Assembly (NCBI GenBank): GCA_903834195.1
Contig: CAILIB010000029.1
Span: forward strand, 7,715 to 71,714
DNA length: 64,000 nt
Direction: 5' to 3'
Source: an uncultured Candidatus Berkelbacteria bacterium
Lineage (GTDB): Bacteria; Patescibacteriota; UBA1384; CAILIB01
Below are positions 54,818 through 63,829 of the stretch, piece after piece. The first letter of the stretch is position 1, and every line of letters starts with the position of its first letter. Position numbers and translations under genes: made by a program. The notes beneath the pieces were generated by a model. The model was given only the letters and a program-made list of their open reading frames with translations, searched no databases and had not been told where the DNA came from.

Positions 54818-55710
54818 ACACCATTAAGCTTGCCCTTGCTCGCCTTCGCGTTAGTCTGACCGTGGTTAAATCCCACAAAGTCCTGATCTGGTTCGCCATC
54901 ATCAACATTCTCCTTTTTGTTGCAGTTCTTGGTGTAGCAGGATGGAGTGTTGGTAACATGCCGATTCCAAGTGACTACTTCGCGCAACAATCAGCTATTG
55001 GCGCAGTATTTCTCGCAGTCTTTTTTATACTCAACCTGATCGGGATATTTTTCGCTGCCACTTTCTTTAGCGCGGCAAGTACTGCACTTGCAGGTGAAAA
55101 GGTGAGATTCAGTGAAGCATTTGGTGCTGCATGGGCACGTCGCAAATACCTGGCGCAATGGTGGCTGTTCACCAGTGGAATCTTTATTGTGATTTTTATA
55201 ATCCAGTTTGGCTTAGAAAAAGTCCTTTCTGTATTTGGTAAAGGCGCAAGTACTCTAATTTCCACTCTTACCGGCGGTGTTTTACAGACTGGCTGGAGCC
55301 TTGCAGCCTACTTTGCAGTTCCTGTAATTATGACTCATCCAGATTCACCAATCCCAACTATTAAACGCTCAGCAAGCCTCTTTAAAAGAAGTTTTGGGGA
55401 AGATGTAACCGCTCAAGGAAGCTTATTCTTGCTTGGTGTATTTATTTTCTGGCTGTCAGGATGTCTAGTAGGACTGATTAACTTCACTATTTTTACCATA
55501 AATCCTGCTATCGATACGTTAATATTTGGCATAGTTGCTGGATCAATATTTGGCACCGTCTTGGCCACACTGGTCATTATCGGAACAACTACCCGAGCAG
55601 TGTTTTACGCATCTTTGTACCGTTTTGCTGAAACAGGCGATTATGTTGGACCATTTAATCAAGAGATTATTTCCGGAGCTTTTGCAAAGAAAAAGACTAA
55701 GTTCTTTTAA
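54814..55710 (+). CDS. Polytopic membrane protein co-transcribed with the XRE regulator
   Basis: ATGA overlap with the regulator gene, about 7 TM, family unknown. Confidence 0.55.
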   Translation: MNTIKLALARLRVSLTVVKSHKVLIWFAIINILLFVAVLGVAGWSVGNMPIPSDYFAQQSAIGAVFLAVFFILNLIGIFFAATFFSAASTALAGEKVRFSEAFGAAWARRKYLAQWWLFTSGIFIVIFIIQFGLEKVLSVFGKGASTLISTLTGGVLQTGWSLAAYFAVPVIMTHPDSPIPTIKRSASLFKRSFGEDVTAQGSLFLLGVFIFWLSGCLVGLINFTIFTINPAIDTLIFGIVAGSIFGTVLATLVIIGTTTRAVFYASLYRFAETGDYVGPFNQEIISGAFAKKKTKFF

Positions 55711-55724
55711 ACGGATAAAAAATT

Positions 55725-55752
55725 AGCTCCGGGTAGTATGCCGGAGCTTTTC
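55725..55752. terminator. Bidirectional terminator hairpin
   Basis: AGCTCCGG-8 nt-CCGGAGCT with an A-tract upstream and TTTT downstream, between convergent genes. Confidence 0.8.
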
Positions 55753-55769
55753 GAATTCGCAGGGTTGCG

Positions 55770-56249
55770 TCATTTCATCCCAGAGATCTTGTGAATAACC
55801 CGCAACTTATCCTCAGGCTGTTTCGAAGATCTCTTTAGCGCAAGAATCATCAAGTTGAGACATTGGTCGACACTCAGCTCTTGCCGCTTCGGAAGTGAAG
55901 CGCCCATACCTCTTGGCATAGCTCTCAACTCACGCATGGATGGAGGGTTCGCAGCAAACTGTTTGATCACATCTGGCTTATGCACAATTGTAATTGTCCT
56001 ACTGCCTTCCTTTCCACGTTTCCCCATAGGGTTCTCAAGTATTGAAACCGGCGTGCTTCGTTGGAGTATTTTTTGTAATATTCCAAGGTGACAAAGCTCC
56101 AATACATACTCTGAATCTGCATTGTTGTCATGACCTGGATATGTTGGATACCTATGGTTATTCCAATACCAGACCTCTCCATGTATTTCCATAGTTTTCA
56201 GAATATTCAAACAAATATTCTGAATATGTTGCTGAGAAGTATAATTCAT
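55770..56249 (-). CDS. Hypothetical protein (159 aa)
   Basis: AGGAGG lies 7 nt upstream of the ATG. No recognisable domain. Confidence 0.55.
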   Translation of the reverse strand: MNYTSQQHIQNICLNILKTMEIHGEVWYWNNHRYPTYPGHDNNADSEYVLELCHLGILQKILQRSTPVSILENPMGKRGKEGSRTITIVHKPDVIKQFAANPPSMRELRAMPRGMGASLPKRQELSVDQCLNLMILALKRSSKQPEDKLRVIHKISGMK

Positions 56250-56358
56250 TCCCTATCCTCCTGCCCTTTGGCTACCAGCTGTGTATATCAGAAAAAAGCA
56301 CCAGGAAAAACAAAAAAGGGACGCATTGCGTAAAACAATGTATCCCTCAGGGGAGCGG

Positions 56359-56751
56359 CTATTTCTTCACCGCCCCGATAATGTATCCGTGATATGTTGG
56401 CTGGTCTGACCCGGTGCAGGACATCCAATATATCCTGTACTTCCGATCAGAGAGTTTCGACCTTAGAAAGTGCCCGTGCACTTTCTTGCCTGAAACTTGG
56501 ACCTTCCACCCTTTCTGTTGGTGGACAAATTCACATCCGTCCTCGATGGCGGTACTAAACCGAAGTTCAATTCCTTTCGAGTCGACAGGAATGAGGTATT
56601 TCCCCTCAATCCTTACCATTCCTGCAATCTGCTCGGAAGCAGGCGCCGGTCCAGTCTCGATTGGCATTCGCATGCCGTGAAGAAGACGACTATTCTGCGC
56701 GAATCCCATTGCCGAAATCGCCATCAGGGCGATAAGAGTAAATAATTTCAT
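56359..56751 (-). CDS. Secreted hypothetical protein (130 aa)
   Basis: Signal peptide MKLFTLIALMAISAMGFAQ. GGAGG SD. Own promoter TTGACA(56836-31)-17-TAGTAT(56813-08) and a downstream hairpin plus T-run. Confidence 0.6.
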   Translation of the reverse strand: MKLFTLIALMAISAMGFAQNSRLLHGMRMPIETGPAPASEQIAGMVRIEGKYLIPVDSKGIELRFSTAIEDGCEFVHQQKGWKVQVSGKKVHGHFLRSKLSDRKYRIYWMSCTGSDQPTYHGYIIGAVKK

Positions 56752-56856
56752 GTTGCCTCCTTAGGGCAGCGCTTTTCACCAGGTCGCCCTGTAAAAGCTG
56801 ATGGCCAATACTACCACAAATTGACCAAAATGTCAATCCTATGTACGGGATCACCC

Positions 56857-57240
56857 TCAATGAGACTTTGTTAGTGTTTCTAAGTATTGCAGCGGCGAGA
56901 GCCGCTGTCCAGCGGGACCTAAGGCCCGGTGGACACGTTTAGAATTGTAGAAGGTAAGCCAGGTTTCTAATTGAAGATTAAAGATCTCTGGCTCAAGGGC
57001 TAGGCTCTGCTTGTGCCAGTCTCAAAACTCTTCCTGAATCGTGCGGTTGAATCGTTCAATCCAGCCTTGGTACTTCGGTTGTTTCACCCAGTTGTGGAAG
57101 TGAATGAGAGAGGCAGCTTCTGCTGCCTCTCTAAACTCTTTCATGAATTCCGAACCATTGTCTGTTTGGATGTGTGAGATGGGAAATGGTGCCCGTCTCA
57201 GAAGTTCTGAAAGGAAGTTTGCTCCGTTCCTTGAGGAAGC
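56857..57240 (-). pseudogene. 3' remnant of an rve/DDE (IS481/IS3-like) transposase gene
   Basis: Minus-strand translation: ..FLSELLRRAPFPISHIQTDNGSEFMKEF...QPKYQGWIERFNRTIQEEF*DWHK...FYNSKRVHRALGPAGQRLSPLQYLETLTKSH*. It lacks the N-terminal part and has an in-frame TGA at 57022-24. Confidence 0.75.
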
Positions 57241-57312
57241 TGAAACTAAACGTAACTTTGATGACGTGATAAAATAGTAAAGTAATCAAAGTATAATCAT
57301 TGCGTTAATTTT

Positions 57313-57894
57313 ATGGAAAAACATCCAAATCCAAAACGTGCATACACTGTAGCGGTGATTCTTATTTTACTCATCGCAGGTGGAGCCTACCTGTTTGTTC
57401 ATTCAAAAGCAGATGATTCTTCCACATCTACCGCCACCGTTGTAACAACAAGTACACCCGTACCTACAACAACATATACCAACACTGCATACGGCTTCTC
57501 ATTGAAGTATCCAAAAGCCTATACATTGAGTGGGGTTAGCGCCTTCCCAAGTATTACTGAGATTACACCTACTTCTACGTCCTTAGTTGTTACAACAACA
57601 CCTAACACCACAGAAGATTATTCTGGAATTTTTAACCTGAACACTGTAGACAACTTAACCAACTTTACACAATCAGGTGTAGTTACATTTGAATATAATG
57701 GCAAGGAACCTCTTACAGGTGTAACGAGCACTAGTACAACCATTGGTGGGAAACAAGCCTATAAAGTTACTGACACCGCAAGTGTTTCAAAATCAACTAC
57801 GTACTATGTAAAAAACAGCAAAACTGTTTTACAGATTAATGTACAAGATAACAATTCAGCCGCTTCAGATATTCTTGCCAGTATTTCGTTCTAG
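57313..57894 (+). CDS. Membrane-anchored/secreted Thr-rich hypothetical protein
   Basis: N-terminal TM, T/S-rich mature region, no recognisable family. Confidence 0.55.
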   Translation: MEKHPNPKRAYTVAVILILLIAGGAYLFVHSKADDSSTSTATVVTTSTPVPTTTYTNTAYGFSLKYPKAYTLSGVSAFPSITEITPTSTSLVVTTTPNTTEDYSGIFNLNTVDNLTNFTQSGVVTFEYNGKEPLTGVTSTSTTIGGKQAYKVTDTASVSKSTTYYVKNSKTVLQINVQDNNSAASDILASISF

Positions 57895-57917
57895 AAAATC
57901 TTTAGAATTCACTTGCC

Positions 57918-58244
57918 TTACTTGGAAAAGAGTTCTCCTAAAACCTGGAGAACTCTTTTTTGTGTCTCCGTATGCACTTCACCCAGCTTTTTGACAAGTC
58001 GAACTGAATCAACAGTGCGGATCTGATCAAGAACTATTTGACCTTCCTTTCCCTGAAATTCGCAAGAAACCCGAGTCGGATACTGTCTTCCTCTAGTTAT
58101 CATTGGCGCCACGATAACCGTTCGAATTGTGTGATTCATTTCATCAGGTGATATCACCAAACAAGGGCGAGTCTTCTGTATTTCATGCCCAATAGTTGGG
58201 TCGAGGTTCACCAGCCAAAACTCAAACCTACTTACCACTGCCAC
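57918..58244 (-). CDS. mazF: MazF/PemK-family type II toxin (endoribonuclease)
   Basis: FWLVNLDPTIGHEIQKTRPCLVISPDEMN is a typical PemK motif. Confidence 0.85.
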   Translation of the reverse strand: MAVVSRFEFWLVNLDPTIGHEIQKTRPCLVISPDEMNHTIRTVIVAPMITRGRQYPTRVSCEFQGKEGQIVLDQIRTVDSVRLVKKLGEVHTETQKRVLQVLGELFSK

Positions 58245-58477
58245 TCCTGATCATCCCACTCTGTAGATACTGCCTCGAGCAATGTATCATCACCCTTTAC
58301 GGCCATGTGTTTAAACTTTTCAGTCCAACCTACTCTGGCTTCCTCAACAGGACTTAGAACGAGACTGTTTTTCTCCACCGAAAGCTCTAACTCATCACTG
58401 AAACCAACCTGTTCAAGTACGGTTTTAGGTATGCGGATACCGCGCGAATTACCAATTGTGATAATGGGAATCTTCAT
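58232..58477 (-). CDS. mazE: AbrB/MazE-family antitoxin
   Basis: SpoVT/AbrB-type N-terminus IGNSRGIRIPKTVLEQVGF. Overlaps mazF by 13 nt. Confidence 0.8.
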   Translation of the reverse strand: MKIPIITIGNSRGIRIPKTVLEQVGFSDELELSVEKNSLVLSPVEEARVGWTEKFKHMAVKGDDTLLEAVSTEWDDQEWQW

Positions 58478-58502
58478 ACAAGTGATATTAAAATGTAGTC
58501 AC

Positions 58503-58531
58503 ATTGTAATTACGTATTTCAAATTTGTCAA
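58503..58531 (-). promoter_or_regulatory. mazEF promoter
   Basis: Minus strand: TTGACA (58531-26) - 17 nt - TACAAT (58508-03). Confidence 0.65.
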
Positions 58532-58649
58532 CCTACTTGGCCTACCGAAAATACCAATCAGATTTACGTGATGGTTATCACGGAACACCACTTCCATTAC
58601 CGATATAGTGAACTCGAAATACATCTTTAGAGTATCCCAAGGGTTTCAC

Positions 58650-59603
58650 ATGAAAAGAATACTACCCCAATTTGCTGCGATCATAGGCATTACCGCGCTA
58701 ATGCTCAGTCTTTTTCAGTTTAATTTAGCCAAGGCAGCCCTAACTGTACCGCTTGGCACTGCAGAAAGTTTCGCAATTTTGGGCGGATCTACCGTAACCA
58801 ATACTGGTTCAAACGTTATCACTGGCGATCTTGGGCTAAGCCCTGGAACTTCGGTTACCGGGTTTCCACCAGGTTTGATTAACGGCACACAGTACATCAC
58901 AGACGCAGTTGCTGCTCAGGCACAGGCTGATTTAACCATTGCATACGACAATGCAGCCGGGCAAACACCGGTCACACAAGTTTCAACTGAGCTAGGAACT
59001 ACTATTAAACAGGCAGGTATCTACGACAGTGCCGATGGTACATTCGGAATCACAGGAACCCTTACCCTGGATGCTCAAAATGACCCTGCAGCGGTTTTTA
59101 TCTTCAAAACCGCCTCATCACTTATTACCGCATCTTCAAGCAGTGTACACCTTATTAACGGCGCTCAAGCCTGTCACGTTTTCTGGCAAGTTGGGAGCTC
59201 AGCTACACTTGGTACAGACTCAATATTTAAGGGAAATATCCTTGCCCTTAGTGCAATAACACTTACGCACGGAGCAAATGTTGAAGGCCGTGTTTTAGCC
59301 CGTACCGCAGCAGTAACTCTAGATAATAATGCAGTAACGGTTCCTACATGTTCACCAAGCACACCCACTCCAACTCCAGACCCCACACCAACCCCAACAG
59401 CTATAATCACCCTCACCAGTAGCCCTACCCCAACTAGTACAGCGTTATCAGCTGGAGCAGTTAGTACCAGTCCACCAAAATTTCCCCATACTGGATTTGC
59501 ACCTGCAGAGAATAAAAGTCCATGGGAAACTGTCGCCTTACTCACTTTTGCTACGCTCTTTGTAAGCTCACTTGCTGTCGTCGTTAGAAAACGAAGTAGT
59601 TAG
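58650..59603 (+). CDS. DUF3494 (ice-binding-like fold) surface protein with C-terminal sortase sorting signal
   Basis: [40 protein letters not shown], a PT-rich linker, then FPHTG + hydrophobic helix + RKRSS. The start is set to ATG 58650. Confidence 0.75.
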   Translation: MKRILPQFAAIIGITALMLSLFQFNLAKAALTVPLGTAESFAILGGSTVTNTGSNVITGDLGLSPGTSVTGFPPGLINGTQYITDAVAAQAQADLTIAYDNAAGQTPVTQVSTELGTTIKQAGIYDSADGTFGITGTLTLDAQNDPAAVFIFKTASSLITASSSSVHLINGAQACHVFWQVGSSATLGTDSIFKGNILALSAITLTHGANVEGRVLARTAAVTLDNNAVTVPTCSPSTPTPTPDPTPTPTAIITLTSSPTPTSTALSAGAVSTSPPKFPHTGFAPAENKSPWETVALLTFATLFVSSLAVVVRKRSS

Positions 59604-59609
59604 GACTTT

Positions 59610-60245
59610 GTGAAAATACCTCTTGAATGGTGTGTTTTAGGTGTAAGCACATTCGGAATTGCGTTCATTTTGTTCGCACCCTTTTTTACACCCTCAACAC
59701 CCTTCACTCCGCGACCTGTAATTGAACCAGTTTGGTCACCTACCACACAAGTAAAAAGACTCTTTACATCTAAACCGGTTATTATTCCCGCTATTCTCGA
59801 TGCGGCCCCAAATCGATTGCTCATTCAGGTTCTTGGCATAGATGCACCAATTGAACAGGTTGGTCTTACCATGGAAGGAGCAATGGATACACCTCAAAAT
59901 CCAGAAGATGCTGCTTGGTTTAGAGACGGAATCCTCCCTGGCCAGATCGGAACAGCCGCCATCGATGGACACCTCGACTGGATACACGGAGAGCCAGCAC
60001 TTTTTACACATCTCAGCGCACTACACAAAGGGGATTATATCCAGGTTAGAGATGAAAATGGGCATGTCACAACGTTTGTGGTAACGAGTTTGCACACCTA
60101 CAACAAAAGCGAAAGTACTATGGGTGTATTTAGCTCAAATGATGGAATTTCACACCTCAACCTTATTACGTGTGAAGGTACGTGGAATGCAAAATTACAA
60201 ACCTACACCGACAGACTTGTAGTTTTTAGTGACAGAGTACATTAG
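59610..60245 (+). CDS. Sortase (class F-like cysteine transpeptidase)
   Basis: N-terminal TM. Catalytic His in AAIDGHLDW, Cys in NLITCEG, Arg in TDRLVVF. Confidence 0.8.
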   Translation: MKIPLEWCVLGVSTFGIAFILFAPFFTPSTPFTPRPVIEPVWSPTTQVKRLFTSKPVIIPAILDAAPNRLLIQVLGIDAPIEQVGLTMEGAMDTPQNPEDAAWFRDGILPGQIGTAAIDGHLDWIHGEPALFTHLSALHKGDYIQVRDENGHVTTFVVTSLHTYNKSESTMGVFSSNDGISHLNLITCEGTWNAKLQTYTDRLVVFSDRVH

Positions 60246-60300
60246 TCCAAAAAAGCACAATCTCTTGACAAAATATACATATACGTATAAATATATGTAT

Positions 60301-60810
60301 ATGCCTACCAAAACCATTTACGTCAGCGATCAAGATGCACCAGTTTTTGAGGAAGCCCGCGCGATCGCCGGGGAAACCCTCTCTTCTATTATCGTCCGCT
60401 CTCTGCGCGAGTTTCTCGCCAGACAAGCTCAAAAAGAGAGTGGCCTGAAAGAAATCAAAGTCCGTACTGGCAGTCGAAACTCCGAACAGGAGCAACGATT
60501 TTACGGCACTAAAGTGGGTGACTGGCGCGGCTTTAGCGACGACCAAGAGTGGTGGATGCAGGCAGAAGTCTACCATACCCAAAAGAGTAATTGGGCTGTT
60601 CTTCTTACCCAGGTTTGTAAAGCCAGTCTCCTCACCGACAAAAAAAGGTGGCGCGAGAGTGGCGACTACTTACTCGATGTCCGTCACAGCGAATTACTCG
60701 TTGTAGCTAAACCAGAGGAACTCAATGACAAGGTTCCTTCTGACGTACTACGCGTGGTTAAAGAGCTAGCAGCTCATACTGACCAACCGGCCACGTTTCT
60801 CGATATATAA
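60301..60810 (+). CDS. EXLDI-like protein
   Basis: The C-terminus ends ..ATFLDI. The RHH-like N-terminus (TIYVSDQDAPVFEEARAIAG) and the size fit my recollection of the EXLDI family. Confidence 0.4.
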   Translation: MPTKTIYVSDQDAPVFEEARAIAGETLSSIIVRSLREFLARQAQKESGLKEIKVRTGSRNSEQEQRFYGTKVGDWRGFSDDQEWWMQAEVYHTQKSNWAVLLTQVCKASLLTDKKRWRESGDYLLDVRHSELLVVAKPEELNDKVPSDVLRVVKELAAHTDQPATFLDI

Positions 60811-60822
60811 CAAAACCATCCT

Positions 60823-60981
60823 ATGAACCATACCGATCACCTTGATGACCTCGCACGTTTAAGCGCGATTCACGATATTAGCCGTTGGGACAACTGGGGC
60901 TCGCCCGTTGGTCTGATTATTTTCTTCAATGGAATGGCACTGTTTGCGATTCTTGTGCGCTACGCCATTTTGATGAAATAG
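60823..60981 (+). CDS. Possible small membrane protein (52 aa)
   Basis: ATG 60823 lies 13 nt after the EXLDI stop. One hydrophobic helix, no SD. Confidence 0.3.
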   Translation: MNHTDHLDDLARLSAIHDISRWDNWGSPVGLIIFFNGMALFAILVRYAILMK

Positions 60982-61043
60982 CCTCACGATTTCTCCTCCG
61001 CGCCCTGGTTTACAAAATGCATTAAAGTGTATACACTGTATAC

Positions 61044-61298
61044 ATGCATACAGTTCAGTATACAATTCGAAATATTCCCAAAAGTGTAGACCAAGTAATC
61101 CGAAAAAGAGCTCAAGAAAGCGGCACTTCTTTTAACCAAACAGTGGTTGACCTGCTTACATTACAAACGCTCGGAACCACGACTCCTCAAGAGGAGAGTA
61201 ATTTTAATTGGCTGTTCAATTCGAATACCCTCGATGAGAGCTTCGACAGCGCTTTGCACGACCTCAATCAAGTAGACACCACCCTGTGGCAGGCGTAG
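61044..61298 (+). CDS. vapB: Ribbon-helix-helix antitoxin (VapB/FitA-like)
   Basis: N-terminus YTIRNIPKSVDQVIRKRAQESGTSFNQTVVDLL. Overlaps the PIN gene. Confidence 0.7.
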   Translation: MHTVQYTIRNIPKSVDQVIRKRAQESGTSFNQTVVDLLTLQTLGTTTPQEESNFNWLFNSNTLDESFDSALHDLNQVDTTLWQA

Positions 61299-61690
61299 AA
61301 AAAATTCTACTCGATACAAGTGCATATTCGGCGTTCAACCGCGGGGATGCACGGCTTCAACCCTGGTTTAAAAGTAGTTTGGAAATTTGTACGCCACTGA
61401 TTGTTATTGGCGAATTACGCGCAGGCTTTGCAGCAGGTTCTCGTCGAGCTGAAAATGAAGCTCTGTTACGTCGTTTTTTGGATGCGCCAAATGTATCTCA
61501 ACTAACCTTGTCTGCAACAACAACTGAGCACTTTGCAGCACTTTATCTTAAGCTTCGACAAGGCGGTGTGACTGTCAGTACAAATGACCTTTGGATCGCT
61601 GCACTTTCTATTGAACATAACCTTGCAATTCTTTCCCTGGATGAGGATTTTTCACGGATTCCAGGTGTACGTATTGTGAAGTTTTCTTAA
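61286..61690 (+). CDS. vapC: PIN-domain toxin VapC
   Basis: ILLDTSAY (first acidic residue), IGELR, TNDLWIAA, SLDEDF. GTG start. Confidence 0.8.
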   Translation: MAGVEKILLDTSAYSAFNRGDARLQPWFKSSLEICTPLIVIGELRAGFAAGSRRAENEALLRRFLDAPNVSQLTLSATTTEHFAALYLKLRQGGVTVSTNDLWIAALSIEHNLAILSLDEDFSRIPGVRIVKFS

Positions 61691-61741
61691 TAAATATTGA
61701 ATTTCAAAAACCGCCACACTTCCTTGTGCAGCGGCATATAA

Positions 61742-62464
61742 TCACATCTTCCTCGCTTTGAAATATCCTAACTCAGTCCGCTCGAGATAATCTCCCCAGA
61801 AATCCCTACCCATTGCTCGTATGCCTTCAGCAGAAATATGCGGCTTCACCCAAGTGAACCGAGTAAATCCAACCCTACGACACATATCCTGAACAGTTTC
61901 CGGCCGATAGTATGTTGCAGAATAGGTATCAATGGAACGTCCTTCGTTAAATAATTCAATCTGCAAAGGTGCACCATCACCAGTACCGCACGGCAGTGTT
62001 TTACGTGCGCCAAAGTGTGAATTATCATTTCCCGATGGTAGATCTATTACACCGATCAACGCACCTTTCTCATTCAGAGCTTCGTAAAATCTACCAAGTA
62101 AATATTCCAATTGTTCTACCGTTTCCGGATAGTTCAGAACGAATGGTGCAACAATACAATCAACTGCAGGTAAATCATATGTAAACATGTCGCCAAGCAG
62201 ATATTCACACTCTGCATGATACGAATTTTGAGCTAATTTAATCTGTTCTTCAGAGTCATCTAAGCCGATCACCCGCTGAGCACCTTTTATAGCCAAAGGT
62301 TCGGTGAAGAACCCACTGCCACAACCCACATCAAGTGCACGTTTACCTACGAGGCTTCCTGTCATATGCAGAACCGTTGGCAATATTGAAAACAATTTAT
62401 CTGGTTTTTCATTAGTCTGCTGATACCTGAGCGCCAAACGATTAAAATCATTTTTTCTTTCCAT
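61742..62464 (-). CDS. Class I SAM-dependent methyltransferase
   Basis: Motif I ALDVGCGSGFFT, motif II VIGLDDSEEQI. Confidence 0.75.
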   Translation of the reverse strand: MERKNDFNRLALRYQQTNEKPDKLFSILPTVLHMTGSLVGKRALDVGCGSGFFTEPLAIKGAQRVIGLDDSEEQIKLAQNSYHAECEYLLGDMFTYDLPAVDCIVAPFVLNYPETVEQLEYLLGRFYEALNEKGALIGVIDLPSGNDNSHFGARKTLPCGTGDGAPLQIELFNEGRSIDTYSATYYRPETVQDMCRRVGFTRFTWVKPHISAEGIRAMGRDFWGDYLERTELGYFKARKM

Positions 62465-62578
62465 AATCCCTCTTTTTCAAAGTTCAATTGATATCGGAAT
62501 TTATCATAGTAAAATAGTATTTGTCAATATATAATGGTTAAATAAGATATTTTGTAAAGTTACAATTTACATATTTAT

Positions 62579-63331
62579 ATGGTTTCCAACAAAAATATTA
62601 CTCTCCTTACTTCCCTGGGTCTTACTCCAAGCGAATCCCAACTGTACCTCAAGGCTATTCCGCTTGGGTCGGCAACAATTATTCAGCTCGCTAAGCAGGT
62701 AAACATGACCCGTCAGGGTATCTACCTAATCATTGACCGGATGGTAAGCCTTGGTTTCATGAAAGAAACGCTTTCTGATTCAGGTAAACGACTCTACCAA
62801 GCAGTAAGTCCCGACATTCTCACAGACAAAGCGCAGTCGATTACTTCGCAAATAGATGCCCTTGTACCTGTTCTGAAGACCCAGGAGGCCGCTAATACCT
62901 CGCTCCCGAGCATTTCTGTGTATGAAAATCCTATCGCCATGCGTGAGTGGTACCGCGAGTTTATGAGCAAAGCCAAACCAAACGAAGAACTTCTGGTGTG
63001 GGCAACAAACAAAGCGTGGTACAGTGTTGATCCTGAATTTCTTGCAAGTTTTATTGAATTCAAAAAAAGAACTGGGACAGCTGACCGGATCATTGCACCA
63101 GATACTGCTGAATCCAGGCTTTTCACTCAAGAAAATGTACAGCCAAATGCTGAGTTTCGATTTTCTCCTGACCACTGGCAAACTGACACCGAAAAATGGG
63201 TGTGGCGAGATACGGTTTCCTACCTAACCATTCGAGAGAATGCTACTAACCTGATTGTTATTCGTTCTGCACAGCTTGCGGCACTAGAACGGTTTAGTTT
63301 TGAGAGGATTTGGCTGGGGCTGGAGAAATAA
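62579..63331 (+). CDS. TrmB-family transcriptional regulator (paralog of 27884..28651)
   Basis: N-terminus LLTSLGLTPSESQLYLKAIPLGSATIIQLAKQVNMTRQGIYLIIDRM. Same length class as the other copy. Confidence 0.75.
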   Translation: MVSNKNITLLTSLGLTPSESQLYLKAIPLGSATIIQLAKQVNMTRQGIYLIIDRMVSLGFMKETLSDSGKRLYQAVSPDILTDKAQSITSQIDALVPVLKTQEAANTSLPSISVYENPIAMREWYREFMSKAKPNEELLVWATNKAWYSVDPEFLASFIEFKKRTGTADRIIAPDTAESRLFTQENVQPNAEFRFSPDHWQTDTEKWVWRDTVSYLTIRENATNLIVIRSAQLAALERFSFERIWLGLEK

Positions 63332-63336
63332 AAAGT

Positions 63337-63367
63337 CTCCCCCTGGAACAACTGTAACCAGGGGGAG
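63337..63367. terminator. Terminator hairpin between convergent genes
   Basis: CTCCCCCTGG-11 nt-CCAGGGGGAG. A T-run follows on the minus-strand reading. Confidence 0.75.
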
Positions 63368-63372
63368 TGGGG

Positions 63373-63696
63373 CTAAATCTCGAAACGTTTGGAACTCGAA
63401 CCTTTTTTCGGATCCGGATCTGGATCTGGGTCGTTAGCAGCAACTGGAGCACCGCCAGTGTCACCTGGTCTATTCTTTAAGACGAGCACCCTCTTATCCT
63501 CAGGAAGAGGAAGGGACGATTTAAACGGCGGAGCTTTTTGAGTAATGCGTAACCAAACGTAAATCGCTACTGAAAACATGAAGAACCCGAATATCGTCCA
63601 ATCCATCGAGTGGGTAGTTATAAGAGTAAATAACCCCCCAAAAGCACAGATCACGATCGCGAGCAAGAACAGTGGCGCTGCAAACTTTCTAATCAT
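63373..63696 (-). CDS. Small membrane protein with DPDPDPDP tail
   Basis: AAGGAGG lies 5 nt upstream of ATG 63696 (the track ORF extends to 63951 without support). Three TM helices. Confidence 0.55.
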   Translation of the reverse strand: MIRKFAAPLFLLAIVICAFGGLFTLITTHSMDWTIFGFFMFSVAIYVWLRITQKAPPFKSSLPLPEDKRVLVLKNRPGDTGGAPVAANDPDPDPDPKKGSSSKRFEI

Positions 63697-63829
63697 ATGT
63701 CCCTCCTTTGCAGATTGACCGCATGAACATGCCTGCACTGTATCAAATTTTTCAGGAATAACAACATATTTATTGACACAAATACATTTTCTGAAATACT
63801 CAAAACAGTTCTCTATGGAGGTGAAGGTT

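Noticed and set aside
57022-57024. In-frame TGA in the transposase remnant as possible evidence for TGA recoding (alternative genetic code)
   Set aside because: Several intact, well-supported genes in this window terminate at TGA (for example at 6670-72, 8675-77 and 39504-06). The gene is also 5'-truncated, so a simple pseudogene lesion is the economical reading.
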